A DNA stretch of 64,000 bases from Camelus dromedarius (Eukaryota). The first letter of the stretch is position 1; each line of letters starts with the position of its first letter. Shown in pieces: positions 12,445 to 28,166 of the stretch. The stretch spans positions 95,792,001 to 95,856,000 of the forward strand of contig NC_087472.1 in assembly GCF_036321535.1 (NCBI RefSeq), in the 5' to 3' direction. The position numbers and the translations under genes are program-made. The notes beneath the pieces were generated by a model that worked only from the letters and a program-made list of their open reading frames with translations, had not been told where the DNA came from and ran no database searches.

Positions 12445-13178
12445 TAGAATTATTGGCTGTATAGAATAGGAAAAAGACAATGGCTTAAATCAGATAAGAA
12501 GATTATTTCCCTCTCAAAAAAATATGTGTGGAAGTAGGAGGTTCAGGGCTGGAATACGATAGTTCTAGAAAGTTGCCCAGGATCCAGGTACCTTCTGGCC
12601 AACCACTCTGTCATCCCTGGGATTTTTGTCATGGTTCATTCTGGCTGCCAGAGCTCCAGCCATCACATCTGTTCTAGGCAGCAAATTGGAGGAGTAGAGA
12701 AAAGGGCCTGCCCCCTTTCACTTAAGGTAGCTTCCTAGAAATACCACACAACACGCCCTTATCAAGAATTTAGTCCAATTGGCCACTCTTCCCTGAAAGG
12801 GAGGCCAAGAAATGTGGTCTCTGAGCTGCACTACCATGTGTCCAGGTAAAAATCAGTGGTTACTAAAGGACACAGGGAGTGCTTTGCTTCCCTAGTAAAC
12901 TGCCCCCAAACTTAGTGGCTTAAAATAACAACAACTAAAAAGTAAGTAAAAATAACAATGAACATTTTGTTCTCTCTCATGGGTCTATGGTTTGAGTGGG
13001 CTCAGCTGGGCAGTTCTTCTGCTGATTTTACTTGGGGTCTCACACAATTGCAGTCAACTCAGATGCTGGGACCTCAGGTCCCTCTCCCTCTCATTGTGGT
13101 CTCCTGGCCTCTCCTCTCCACATAGTCTCTCTCCAATGGCATGGCCAAAACACAGGGCAGAAGTTTCCAAGCCACCTC
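12445..13178 (-). mobile_element. Two adjacent old MLT1 LTR fragments
   Basis: aatggcttaaatcagataag...ctccagccatcacatctg and cccaaacttagtggcttaaaataac...ggctcagctgggcagttct. Confidence 0.55.
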
Positions 13179-13188
13179 AAAGCTTAGG

Positions 13189-13717
13189 CATGGTGACATG
13201 GATGGACCTAGAGATTATCATATTAAGTAAAGTAAGTCAAACAGAGAAAGGCAAATATCATGTGATATCACTAATAAGTGGAATCCTAAAAAAAAAAAAA
13301 AAAAAAAAAAAGACACAAATTCTATATACAAACCAAAAACAGACTCACAGACATAGAAAACCAACTGTGGTTACCAAAAGGGAAAGGACGGGAAGGGATA
13401 AATTAGCAGTTGAGGATTAACAGACACATATTACTGTACATTAAAGAGATAAAACTGACGCAACAATTTAACTGACTATACTTCAATAAAAAAATTGCAC
13501 CTCAAAAAATAATAAATTACCTAAAAAATAAAAATAAAAGAGATAAACAAGGATTGTATAGCACAGGGAACTATATCCAATTTCTTGTAATAACATAATG
13601 GAAAAGAATCTGAAAAGAAAATATATACATGTATGTATATGTGTAACTGAATTGCTTGTTGTACACCTGAAAGTAACATTGTGAATCAACTACACTTCAA
13701 TAAAAAATAAAAAATAA
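13189..13717 (+). mobile_element. 5'-truncated L1 3' end with TSD and a nested short insertion
   Basis: acatggatggacctagagattatcatattaagt...aatcaactacacttcaataaaaa. TSD aaagcttagg at 13179-13188 and 13718-13727. Confidence 0.9.
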
Positions 13718-13984
13718 AAAGCTTAGGTTGTTTGTAGGAGTATAAAGAGGAATGATCTTTTTAAAGGGCATTTTGCCAATATCCGTAAAGTTTAAGCTGT
13801 ACATACCTTTCAATGGAGCGATTCCAATCCCAAGTCAATATTCCACAAAAATAATGGTACGAGTATTCAAAAATACACGTCAAATCATATGCATTTCAGT
13901 GTTCATCTGTCACACAAAATCAGCTACCTTTTATTTAGCATCCGCAGTGTATCATTAGGCCACATGCACTTTTATCATTCCTGC

Positions 13985-14110
13985 TTTTGGGGGTGAAGAA
14001 ACTGAGTCCTGAGAGGTGAATGAGGTTGCCCAAGGCCACCCAGCCAGGAAGCAGAAGGAATGGGATCCAAGCCAGATGTCGCTGATTCCAGAGCCTAAGT
14101 TCTTTCACAC
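13985..14110 (-). mobile_element. MIR
   Basis: gaagaaactgagtcctgagaggtgaatgaggttgcccaaggccacccagc core. Confidence 0.8.
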
Positions 14111-15614
14111 TTGGCACGTTCTGCCCCAGATTATCTTCAAAAGCCTTCCTTGCCATCTTACTGTTGGTTCAAGCCACCCAGAAGGCAAGAAAGAGAACCG
14201 CGAGGGTGAGGAGGGAATATGACCGAGCCTGAAGTTAGGAGAACTAGATTCAAGTATATAGATATTTAAGTAAACAAGTTGGAGGGGGGGTGTGGAAAAG
14301 CTATAATACATGCTGCTGGCAAGGTTGTAGTAAAACTGATACATCCGTGTATTGCTAGTTAGTGGTATAAACTGGTCTAACCAGCTAGAGAAACGTGGGG
14401 CGATGTTTCAAAAGAGACAAGAAAACGTTCACACTCTTTGATCAGTAATCCCACTTTTAGGAAGTTAGTTAAAGGAAATAATACAAAAGAATAGTCAGGC
14501 GCACAGAGGGGTTTCATTATAATGTTATTTGCGATAGCAAAAACAATTAAAATCACAAATGTCCAATATAGAGGAGTGAGGAAACAACAATTAAGGCTTT
14601 GTATTTGACAAAAACCACAGCTGTTCACCTTTTTTCTCTGACTCCTTTGGCTCTTCAAGCCCTGATCCTCACATAGCCCCGGGTGCTGGTGTTAAATAAA
14701 ACAACAACAATCAATAAGGCACGCCGAGCTTTGCAGAACCCAAGTGGAGTCAGCCCAATGTTTTCTTCACATGGAGCAAACTGAGAAGCGCTCCACCTGC
14801 CCTCCCTCTTTTAGCTCTGCATAAGTCTCCACTCTTTAGCACATTTGCTGTTTACAGTTGCAACTCCCTCACAGTTTTCTTGTCATTTCCAAAATGTTTT
14901 CTTCCCGGAAGTTGTGCATAAGCTTCTGGCATTCAGGATGCCCGCCAGGACTCTGAGAGGCAGGCGCGGGGGCCTCGCTGTCCCCTGCGACAGTGTGGCA
15001 GAGGCCAAATCAGAACTTTGCTAACTGTGAAGCCTTGCCACGAGATGACCTATAATTATAAGAAATACATCAAATAGTGATTATTTTTATTGATGTCAGG
15101 CTGCAGTTTGGCCATGAGCTGTGTTCCAAGAGAGTGCGCATTCTTTCCTGGCCAGTGCCCAGCTCTCCAAGCTGCTTACAAACCACACACATAGAGTAGA
15201 ATTGGTTCTCCAAGTTTTGTCTGAAGGGCACACAAGAAGCTGTTTGGAAACGCTGAACGCTGCGGTGGGGGGGGAGGCTGCCAGTTTTGAGGATAGTGTG
15301 ATGTAGAACCAGGATCATCAGGACTGAACAATGATTGGATTGGAACAATACACCAAATGCTTTAGAGAGTTAAAATGTTCCCTACCTGATGGCTGCGTGT
15401 TCATGTTAATTATTTTCTTTGTTTGCTTATTGCCATTTTTAAATTGTCTTTCAGTATAAATTGTGTTTACCATATAGGTGTCTGAATCTGGGATACCTCT
15501 TTTTCTTAGATACTCTCTTTTCCCCCTCAATTCTACCTTTAAGATTTTTTAAAGCTACCCGCTTTTCTACCAAAACTCTTTTCCTAGAAGGTGGCTGAGA
15601 GTAGAGAGGGGGTG

Positions 15615-16065
15615 TGATTCCCAAGTCCCTAGCTGTGGTCTCCTGCCTGCCACTAGTCAGCCGTGGGACTGTGGACAGGTCTGCTCACCTCTCCCTGACC
15701 CTCAGGTGACTCACCTGTAAAATGGGCCAGATTCACAGGTCAGGGCTGTTGACTTGAGTCTGACCACCTGGGTTAACATCCTGGCTCCAGCTCTGTGACT
15801 TTGGGCAAACGCCTCCCTCAGGTGCCTGGGTGGCCATCCCAGTTTGCCCAGGATTGAGGGATTTGCTAGGATAAAGGAGTTTCAATGTGAAAACCAGGAC
15901 CAGCTGGTCACTCTTACTCTACCTCAGTTTCCTCATCTGTAAAAAAAGAATAATAATAGAACCACCCTCCCAAGGCTGTTGCGAGATTCCTCAGTCAGGG
16001 TGAGAAGCACTCAGGACAATGTCTGGCACATAGTAGCTGCTCACTAAGTGTCGGCTGCTATTCTC
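15615..16065 (+). mobile_element. MIR copies interrupted by a short hAT-Blackjack (MER81/MER94-like) relic at approx. 15828-15915
   Basis: ctcagtttcctcatctgtaaaa...tggcacatagtagctgctca. Internal gggtggccatcccagtttgcccagga...gctggtcactct. Confidence 0.65.
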
Positions 16066-17779
16066 AAGAGGTATCTTCTGTCTTCTCTCTCCCATCCCTT
16101 CCATTGACTACTTCCCCATCTCCCTTCTCTCTCCTATTTAATGGCTGAAAGTCTTAAATATAAACATATTTAGTATTAAACCCAATGTGCTGTGAAATCC
16201 TTTGTTTCACCTACCACCACAGACAATACCAATGATGCCTTCAAAATGTTGTTAAGCAGTTTAATATAGCTCTCACTGGAATGTCACAATTTTCAAAGTT
16301 ATAGTTCAATCTCCCTTTCATGTAATGCAATAGAAAGGTTACTCTGATGTTGTTCCCTTTACATAAATAACATCAAAATGCTTCAACCCAAAAGCTGGAG
16401 AAGAAAGGAGGGTGAGGAGAAACAGGCAAGGGTTGGTCCATGATGAGGATGGGCAGCATTTCCTGGGCCAGTTTCCCTTCTGGTCTTTGGTTGAACATTT
16501 CCAAGTGAGATCTTTCTGCCTTCTATGCAGTGGGAGCCAATCCTGAAGATGGGATGCTTGGAAGGTGGGGAGAAGTTGCGGAAGAGGTGCCTGTAAGCAG
16601 ACAAACGCAAATGAACCCTCCGTAAACAAGGTCTATCCAGGGAGGAAGACTGAGACTCAGTATGGACCCAAAGCAAGCAGGATCTTGCAGGGAAATGAGA
16701 GTCTTTGAATAACTCTCTCCTCTCCCTTTTCCCTCCCTATCCTGTGATGTCTAGTACCCAGGTGGGCCATATTTCTGGAGGGGATGGAGGGAAGTGGGTG
16801 AAAGAAAGGTCTGGAATCTTCTTTGATGATCAGACCCTCTTACAGTTGGCAGAGAATAAAAAGCCCTTTCTGGATATTTTTGCTTGGGATCCCAGAATTC
16901 AAATTAGCCAGTCTTTGTTTACAACTCTCAATGTGGGGTGCACACTACCCTACCCCAAAAGCCAGGCCTGCAACAGAAAGCAAGCAACAAGCAATTGGCC
17001 TGGAATTGATTCTCCAGTGTGGAAATTGTCAACAACTGTAGTATCTATTTGTACTATTTAAAAGATAGTGTTGGTGGTCTCTTCGTTTCTCAGAAAAGGG
17101 AAATTTTACACCTGTTAGATTATAGACTTGGAGCTATTTATTAGGGAGAACGTACAGTGACAGATAACGCCAATCTCCATTATCTATGAAAAGAAATAAG
17201 TAAAAATCTTTCCTAGGGCTAAATTTTACTTGAACTGTGGGTTTCCATCTCCTTTCTTTCCAGCCTTTTTGGGTTTCTTTGAGCAAAATACATTGGTTTT
17301 AATTTCTTCTTAGTCCCTTGCAAACCCTAAGCTGGGTGAGTAATCGACAGTGAAATGGCCCCAATGGCAGGAAAGGAGGGAACTGAAGGGGGATGAGGCC
17401 TGGATAAAACAGGAGTGAGGGAGGGGATCAGCGTCCACCCCTAGGAGAATAAAAAATCAATTGCCATTTGCTCCAATAAAGTACCTTCTACACTCCCACA
17501 GCCACAGTGTAATTGACGCCGCCAGGAAAGGTGTCCTAAGCTGCTCCCGGGTGCCAGGCACTGTGCTAAGAGCCACCGAGAGGGAAGTGCGGGAAAGAAT
17601 GTGATGTTCAGGGACAACACAACCTGTCAGGCGACGGTGAGAAACCGACGATTTCCCAAAGAAATCTCTTTGGGATCCTCTCACTCAAATCCCCAAGGAA
17701 AGCTGCCTCGGCTGACTGTCGGTGCATCTGCATCTTTGCAGTTTCATCAGCTCTCCTCCTGCCACCCTTTCTGCCTCCA

Positions 17780-18400
17780 CTCAAGCGGGCATTTTCCAGA
17801 GCGGGTCGGTGACTGCGCCCCTCCCTGCCGGCCCCTCCCCGCCGTGCCCTCTCGCGGGCGCCCGGGTCCGGCCGCTCCTCCCCGAGCATCGCCGCCCTCG
17901 GGGTCACCGAGAGCGCGATCTGGGCTCTGTTCGCCCACCCCCGAGTCCCGGGAGGTGACACGACGACGTGGGGCATCCGGGCAGCCACCGCAGGGCCTCT
18001 AGCATCTCCCCCGGCCCTGGGTGCGGGCGCTTCCTTCCGGACGAGGAAACCGAGGCCGCCGAGACCGAGCCGGGTGCCCGGCGGACGGCCCTGCCCGCGG
18101 TGCGGGGTAGACCCGGGGGCCACGTCGGTGCCGGCAGCCCGGCCTCAGCCGCCCCCAGAGGCCCCTGGGCCGCGAGGGTCCCAGCTCTCCACCATCGTCG
18201 CCCTCCTCTCAGCTCAGGAGCCTCCCCTCTTCCCCCAAAGACGCTGGGTGTCCTCGAAACGGATTCCGGGTGGGCTGGAAAGTCGGGGGGCAGAAGGGGA
18301 GCCTCTGGGGAGAGAATGGAACTGCCCCAGATTTGGAAGAGATGCCTGTCAGCGCGTGGAATGGAAGCCTTTCTCCGCAGTTATTTTTATTCCAGGGCCT
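17780..18400. promoter_or_regulatory. CpG island upstream of ARX
   Basis: High GC with dense CpG, judged by eye. Confidence 0.8.
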
Positions 18401-19539
18401 TTCTTCCTCGTCCTCGTCCTCCTCCTCCTCCTCTATTTTTTCCCCTTTCTGTTCAGCTATTTGTGTTTTCTGATCGGGTAAGTGATTTGCGGCAGGAAAT
18501 TAGATATCTTTATTCCAGAGGCACTGTGGTTCTAATGTTATCTATTCCAGAGCCGGCTCCGTCTTAGTCGCGGGCCTTTTTTTTTTTTTTTTTTAACTTG
18601 CAGGTTATTTTGTGATGAAGACAACAGAGCGCTGTTCAGCCCTGGCATCTTCCCTCCTCCCTTCAACACAATGCAACTCTTAATTAAACATGGGACACCC
18701 ACGCCTCCCTTCTCACAGGACCCCTTCCATCTGCTCCCCCCACTCTGAAATACCAGCCTTTTATAGGCAGGGAAGGCCTCGTGTTGAACTTCCCAATTAG
18801 CGAGACACATCGCAAAATAAGCGACTCTGAAGGGCTATCATTCTTCTTTTTGGAGTCTTCCTTTCTAGGCCTTCCCTAGTATGAGTTTTGGTGGCCTTAG
18901 TATGACTTTAAAATCCTGCAGGGCTGAGGACATGAGGCTGTAGATAGTCGGGGCTTGAGAAGCATGATTTGTGGTTTTGTGATTGATGAGTTATGATGAA
19001 AACACTCATTGCAAAAGGAATAAGTGAAGGATCGATTTGAACTGGGAATGTTCCTTCTTTGTAAAGGCATCATCAGTAAGTTTTTACCAGAGGTTCTCAG
19101 AGCTTCCAGAAGAGTCATCTTTTCCAGGTAGAACAGTCAAAGAGTGTTGGACAAGCACCCTGCATTTCTCTTTTCTTCCTTTCTGGCCACACCAAGAGGG
19201 GATAGGTGATCTGTGAGTCGTGGAGAGTGCTGGAGTCTGGGGTTCAGTCTGATGTAAAGATTGGGATGCCCGGGGGAGATGCAGGGCGGTGGCCCCATTC
19301 CCGGAGAGTCACAAAGTAGGCAGCCATCAAGGCCCAGGTGGGGGACCCTAGAGGCAGAAGTGGAGGAATCACAGAGATCCAAGGTGGAGGATCCTCAAAT
19401 CAAAAAAAAGGAAAATCCTAGAGTCAGAAGGTGGGAGGGGATCAGAGAGCTTGAATGTAGGGGTGCCACAGAGCCCGATTTCAAATAAAAGAAATACCAG
19501 AGTAGCTATCTTCAGATGGCCCCTCACTAGGGACTGAGG

Positions 19540-20780
19540 AATCTGAGGGCGCAGGCGGCCAGGCCTCCATGAATACCCCAGAGACAGCGGATTCGGCTTT
19601 CCCGTTGGTGTGGCAGCTTCTGCGCGCTTGCCTTCGCGCCGCCCCCAATTATTCCACTTCTCGGGCCAGTGTTTCTTGAGGTTCGCCAGCAAGAATCCAC
19701 CCAGCAATTATCTCCCCTCTCGCGCTCATAGGGGGACATTAACCACGAACGCGTTGGAGAAGAAAGGTACAGATGGGTCTTTTATTGCACACTTGGAAAT
19801 GTTTCCAAGGCTTTTGTTTTCTTCCCCCATTCATTCCTGCCGGATCACTCTGATCTGCCAACTTCAGTCCCCAGAGGCTGCGGCGGGAGGGCCCGGCCCG
19901 CTCCGAGCCCCCGCTAGGGGGCGCGCTCTGGCCGTGGCGCTGAGCCGAGCCCGAGAGGGGGGCTCGGCTGCGAGGACGCGGGCAGCCGAGGTCGGTGGGG
20001 CCTTGGGACTGACTCCGGCGTCGGGTCCGTCGCTGCTCCTGACCTGATCTCCAAGCCGTGCCCCCACCACGTCCCGGGGCTCCGGGAGCAGCAGCTACAG
20101 AGTAACGGCTGCACCGGGGACGCCTCGACCCTGGACGCACCCGGGGTCCCGCCGTCCGGCGATGGAGAGAGGAAACCAGGTGGTGGTGATTACAGGGTGC
20201 CGAGAAGTTTCCCTCTCGGTCTGGAACGTGGGGGATGGGTGAGGCAGGAGATGGGGGCTCCGGCCGAGGGTCAAGGGGTGACAGCCCAACCACTTGCTTC
20301 TCTGCCCTCCCCCGAGGGCAGACTTGAGGCCGTGACCGTCTTGCCTGGCTTTGTGCTTGGAGCCAGGCCTGAAAATGCCTCGGTTGGCCGCCTGGATGGG
20401 TGATGGGGGGGGTGTCTTCTCTCTAGTTCTCACTTCCCCTACCCCTTTTCCCTAGCTGCTGACGGGTAACCGAAAGTGGCGAAGTTGGAAAATAAGGGGA
20501 GTTGTCCTAACACAGTAATCACACCCACACGTCCATACCTTGAGGGCTCGGCTGTGGTCCTCGGGACGTTTCCCAACCAACCTTTCCCAGCCGAACCCTG
20601 ATGGTGGAACCCCCGGCTCAGGCGGACGACACGGCGGGAAGGATTAGCAAACGCCAAGGAGTCTTTCCTGGGAATCCATGTTCTCAGTCCCTTTGGACCT
20701 TTCCACGGGCTGCTCCTCTGAAAACACATCAACAAACAAACACTGTCCACAGACAGCTCCCGGCAGCCGTGGGGAGAACT
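19540..20780. promoter_or_regulatory. CpG island upstream of ARX, contains a CTCF-like motif
   Basis: Dense CpG. CCGCTAGGGGGCGC at 19911-19924. Confidence 0.75.
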
Positions 20781-23700
20781 GAGGCAGGGGTAGGGAGTGA
20801 GGGCAAGAGACGGACAGAGAAGGCGAGGGGCAAGTGCTAGGCAAGCGGATTATGTTACATTTCCTCCTATTACCAGACTTCCAGGAGGAGAGACCTCGAT
20901 TTGTGCATAAAATGCATACCCCGAAGTGGATGAGACTCTGAAAGCAGCATTTGAGGAGGTTAACCTTGACTGGTTGGAGATAAGGGGGGTTGGGGAGAGG
21001 CAAATATTTCTGTTTGTGCCCTCCGGCTCTTCCCAGCACCGGCTGTCAATCCTGACGCTTGTTATCCTCACAAGGCTTCAGCTTGTTTGCCTGATCTCAG
21101 CAAGGTTTTCTTCCACAAGTAGAACTATAATTGCTATAATTCTACTGTATCATTTGGATCATTGCAGTATTGTTGTTTTCTCTCCCTCTTTCTCTCCTCC
21201 TAACACTGCAATAACGCGCTCCAGTGTTAAATTAGCAGGTTGCGGAAGACCATAAATGAATGAAAGTTTGTTTAAAAAAAAAAGAAATTAAATAAATAAA
21301 ACAGCAAAATGACTTGGCAAAGGGGATATCACATCACAGAGAATCCTCGCGTGTAATCAGGACTTATTGTCTTCTCTTCCAATGGCTTCCAAATTGGTAG
21401 CCAGACTCCAATGAAGTTTATTTCTATTGTTTAAATATATGTTTTGAAGAGGTTGAGCATAATTTAAGGGGACCTGAGCCGTCCGGTGTGGCTGGCAGCC
21501 CATTACAGCTTTATTTATCTCTGTGTATATTGCACAATAAATTAAAACATCTCAAATGAAAAGTGTGCAAGGTTAACTCTCCTCCAAACATTTTTTCCTA
21601 GATAATAACATCTAACTGCCACTCCCTTATCCCGCATTTCTTGCAAATATAATTTTGAAACTACAATGTAGAATTAGCTCTCACCACAGAAAAGAAAGGG
21701 GTTTCTTCCATTTGCCTCTTCTAGGTAATTATTATTTCCAGTCCTGGGGACAAGCCTCATTTTTTCACCATAAACAACAGTTTTGAACACTTCTGACCCC
21801 CATTTCCGGCCATAATTGTCATTTTTATTTTAGTGATTGATTTTAAAAGCAGATGAACTGCAAACCATTGTTTTCTAGGCAGCCCAGGAAAAGAAAACGA
21901 ACAGTTACAGACCCCAAAGATTAGAGGAGCCAGGCGTTGTGAATATCAAAGTACAAACGTGAATGATATTATCACTAAAATGAAATTACTTTTGATGAGT
22001 GGGTAAAAGAAAGTGAAGAAAGTGAGGTGAAAAAGTGAAGTGTCATCTTGCTGACAGAGTAAACATTAAATTGGCTAAAAACTAAAAGCTCTTTTATACA
22101 TAGTCCTAAAATCCACTGAAAAGTCTACCTACTCAACAAATCAATTAAATTCTTCTTAGATATGAGACGCATCATTTTGTTTTTTAAAATAACATGTAGA
22201 ATAACACATATATCTTAAACTCATCTTCTGGACACTATGGAAATGCCAGAAGATTGTCTCCCCGTGGGTATGTTTTAAAAGTTTATTTAATTTAATTTTT
22301 CAGGAATAGCAAGAGACAATTGTAGATTTTGTAGTTGGGTATCGAACTGTGACAAAGATAATTTCAGGGCTGCTGGTGTAAAGTGAACTGGGGCGGGCCC
22401 TTCTCCCCCAAGTGAATGGACGTGTCTTCCCAATATCGTCCTCACTTGGGAAGACTGATTAGAAAATACCAAAAATAAACAAGATAAAGTAACAAATAAA
22501 GCTAGTGTTTTCACCAAGTTTCCCAAAGAAACACATTATATTCCATTAATAGAATTAGATTTAATTCCAGGGGTCATTAAGTCAGAATCAGAAATTCTAT
22601 GTTAACCTCCCCCTTTTGCAAGGGATGATTAAAATTAGAATACACCCCAGCAGAAAGTCCGACTTCTTTTTTAAAAAAGGAGAACAGCTGCAGAAGGGGG
22701 AGGAGGGGGACGGAAGCAAAGAAATCTTCCACCAAAAGAGTTGAAACCCCGTTACGCTCTCGGAAATGATTTGCGCATTTGGGTCTCTTTTTGTTTAACA
22801 CGATCTTATTTGGACTCGTTTTCAGCTCACTCCCTGCGTGTGCGGGAGTGTGACACTGAAGTCACGGAGCCACCCGCAGCCGGGTCTTGTGGATTTCCGA
22901 CGCGGAGCCCACTGGGGAGGTTAAAGTGCCTCAGTCTTTCCCAGGGACCAGCTACAGGGACGCCAGCGAGGGTCGGCGCCTGGAGGCTCGCTCCGAGGAG
23001 ACCCACGCGTCTTTCCACCTCTCGGCGGCGTCGAGACCCGCACTCGGGGAGTGGGCTCTTTGGGCCCGGGGAGGGAAGAGGGAGGGAATCAGCGTGCGGA
23101 ACGTTAGTTTAAGCTGAACAGGACAGTATAAAAACACCGAACTGTTGGTGAGGATGAAAAGGGAAGAATGCAGGAAAGGCAGGAGAAGATCCCAGGTGCC
23201 TGGGAACAGCAGAGAGGGTTAAAAGAAAATCAAAAGTCAGAGATAGCTCGGGTTCTCCTTCGCCCCCCCACTCCCATCATCCAAGTGTGGGAAAAACTGG
23301 TGAGACAAACTAAAAACTAGAGAGACAGAGACGGAGAGACACAGAGAGAGACAGAGAGACATCCTTTTCCCGCTTGCCTTTAATAGTAGTAGTAATATCA
23401 GCATTAATATTAACATTATTAATGCTCCTGTTCCCAACCCTTCATCCTCCTCCAGTTGTGTCTTGAATGCTCCTGCCAAGCCAGCCCGATCTGTCTGCCA
23501 CCCACCCACCAGCATCCAAGAGTTATGCAGATGTTTATGGCTGGGGGGAAAAAAATCCTAGTTATGCATCCTTGTATTTTTAAATACTGACTGTAAGTGA
23601 TTCAAGTATAATCCTTTGTAAAACGCTTTTCTCTCTGACACATTGAAGGGGTTGAGAGAGGAAAACCTGGCGTGGATTAGCCCTCCCCGGCCTCTCTCCC

Positions 23701-24713
23701 ACCCACCACCTTCGCCCCCACCCTGCCAGCGTCGGGGTCCCTGGCTGTCCCATGGGCTCTGCACCCAGACAAGGAGGGTGTTCGTGCTAGCCCCTCACCC
23801 AGGCTCGGCCCAAATTCAGTCCGAGTTGGGTCTCGGTTCTGAAAGCTGGACGCGCAGGAAGCTGTTTGGGAAGAAACGCGCTCTCCATCTGGCTCGCTCT
23901 GTTGCCTTTGCCAGGGGGAGCCAGGCCGGGAGAGTTCAAAATTTTAGGCGCTGAGATTTGGTTGAAGCCAAACCTGGGTGCCGCCCATCCCGGAGCGCTC
24001 AGAGCTCCCCGTAGGTTCCGCTGCCTGCGCGCGATTTGAGAGTGTCCAGGGTCGGGGTGACGGCCTATCCAACCGAGGCGAACTTGTGGGGAGAAGCGGG
24101 AAGCGAGTCCGGGGAGAACGGGGGGACTCTCAGACCTGTCCCCAGCCGCGCCTCCTTGCAGCTGACACTGGCCTGTCCCTTTCTGCCTTGTAGATGCTCT
24201 AGGGAAGGCCGCGCGCCTTTGGCAGAGCTTCGTCATTAAGGGGACTTTCTCCAGAGTTGAAGACGGAGATGAGAGAGGTTGAGGGACGCTACTAACAGGA
24301 GAGCAACCGCCGGGCTCAGGGTGAACACTACCAGCTCAAGGAGTTGGGCCACTAGAGAAAACTGAACGCCCCAACGGCAGACGTTTGCTTGCAGCAGTCA
24401 CCCCCCGTACCTCGGAGGCCCGTCTAGCCTAAAGAGGATGGAGACTGAGGGCCGCTGAGGTCAAGGCGCTGTCCTGGGAGCGCAGTACTGGCTTTGAAAA
24501 GGGCCAAGTCGGCCCGAACGCAAGCCAAGCCTCAAGGCCTTGACTCCAGGGGAGCGAGGTCCTCCGGTTGGTGGAAGGGGCGCACGTCGCCCAAGTGGCA
24601 CCTCTACAGGTCTAGCATCTGAATCTGAATAAGTAGAGTTTCGGGCTAGCCCTGAAGAGTTAAAGGAAAAGAATAGAGAACTTAGAAAGTTGTTAGTTAA
24701 AAATTAAAAATAA

Positions 24714-25409
<696 letters not shown>

Positions 25410-25802
25410 TGATGTTCGGGGGCCAGGGACCTGCGGTCGTCCAACTGGAGACGGAGGAAAGAGAGGGAACAACTCTGAGGCCTGGTGCTCAAAGAGCGGT
25501 AAACATCTCGCCAGGGGCTGTCTCTTCCTCCCTGTCTGCTTCCAGAGAAAGCAGAGACCAAGCTTCTTTTTAGGGGCCCTTAGGTTCTCGGTGTTGGTCC
25601 TTAGGTCGTTTAAATGCCCCCTTTGGTGGCCTTGGGGGTGCTCTGAAGAGGGGCGACAGTTCAGAAAGAGCAGGTGCCGGGTGGACCCTTGTAACAACTT
25701 GGTGAAGACAAGAACCCCAAAAGCTGTGAATGGGGACTCCAGACAGAGTGAGCCTTGGCCTTCTTTCCTCCTTGGAAGATTTCTTTATACGCGGTGTTTT
25801 TT

Positions 25803-25861
25803 TCCTTCTTCTTCTTCCTCCTCTTCCTCCTCCTCTTCTCCTTCTCCTTCTTCTTCTTCTT
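25803..25861 (+). repeat. (TTC/TCC)n pyrimidine repeat in ARX intron 1
   Basis: Directly visible. Confidence 0.9.
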
Positions 25862-26721
25862 TAAATTGTAGATTACTTGTGACCTTTAAACCCAAGCTTT
25901 GCAGAAAACATCTCCCTGGGATTCCCCCAAATGCTCCTAATTGTATCTGAAATGTATGAAATGTGCAGCTTCTGGGTGCTATTTTTTCTCTGCTACATTA
26001 TTTTTTAAGACAGAGTTGAGATGTTTAAAAGCTCTTATTTTTTTTCTAAAATTAAAAATTCCAGAATAACTGTCATTTTGCCCCGAACCTGTTACACTCA
26101 AGTTTCGCCTCGAGCTGGCTGCAGAGGTGTCTCAGGAAAAGAACTGTTGATTTCTTTTAAAATCCGTAAACTAGCGGTCCAGCCGCAGCGCCACTTGGAA
26201 GACAGGAGCGGACAGCGGAGAAGGGGGCGTTTAAAATAAAACTGACTTTTTCCTTTTCTTTTTTTAGCCTGCACTGGCACCTGTGCCAGGCGCTTCCTCG
26301 AGGAGGAAGGAGCGGCCTGTGCCTATTGCACCCCCTTTCTCCTCCACCCAGGCCTTTCCGAGCCCATTTTCACCAGGACGATTTTTCTGTGCCTTTCTGT
26401 GCGAGGAACCCCCGCCCCCTCCCGCTGGGAGCTGTTGGGTCAGGGCCCGCACTCAGGTCCACCGGGCCGTTCCCCTTCCCCCGCAGGGGTCGCCCGCGGG
26501 GCAGCGAGCGCCTCTCTCGCCAGCCCTGGCCCGCGTCGCAGAGCCGAGGGCAGAGGTCGTGCGCAAAGTTTTCAGCGTGGTGGTGATTTTCTTTTTAAGT
26601 TGTTGAATGTTTTCAGAGTGTCCCCTGCCCCGAAATGAGAAGGAAAAAAGTGAGAGAGAGGGCAAAGGAGAAGAAAAAGAAAGGAATGAAGGAGGGAGGG
26701 CACAAAAGAGAAAGGAAGGAA

Positions 26722-28166
<1,445 letters not shown>

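Noticed and set aside
12992..13420. 142-aa ORF with an apparent signal peptide
   Set aside because: Chimera of MLT LTR and L1 3' sequence (TWMDLEIIILSKVSQTEK is L1-derived) plus a polyA-encoded Lys run.
17601..20433. Many overlapping 100-200 aa ORFs in upstream CpG islands
   Set aside because: Stop-codon depletion from high GC content. Pro/Arg/Gly/Ala-rich with no recognisable homology.
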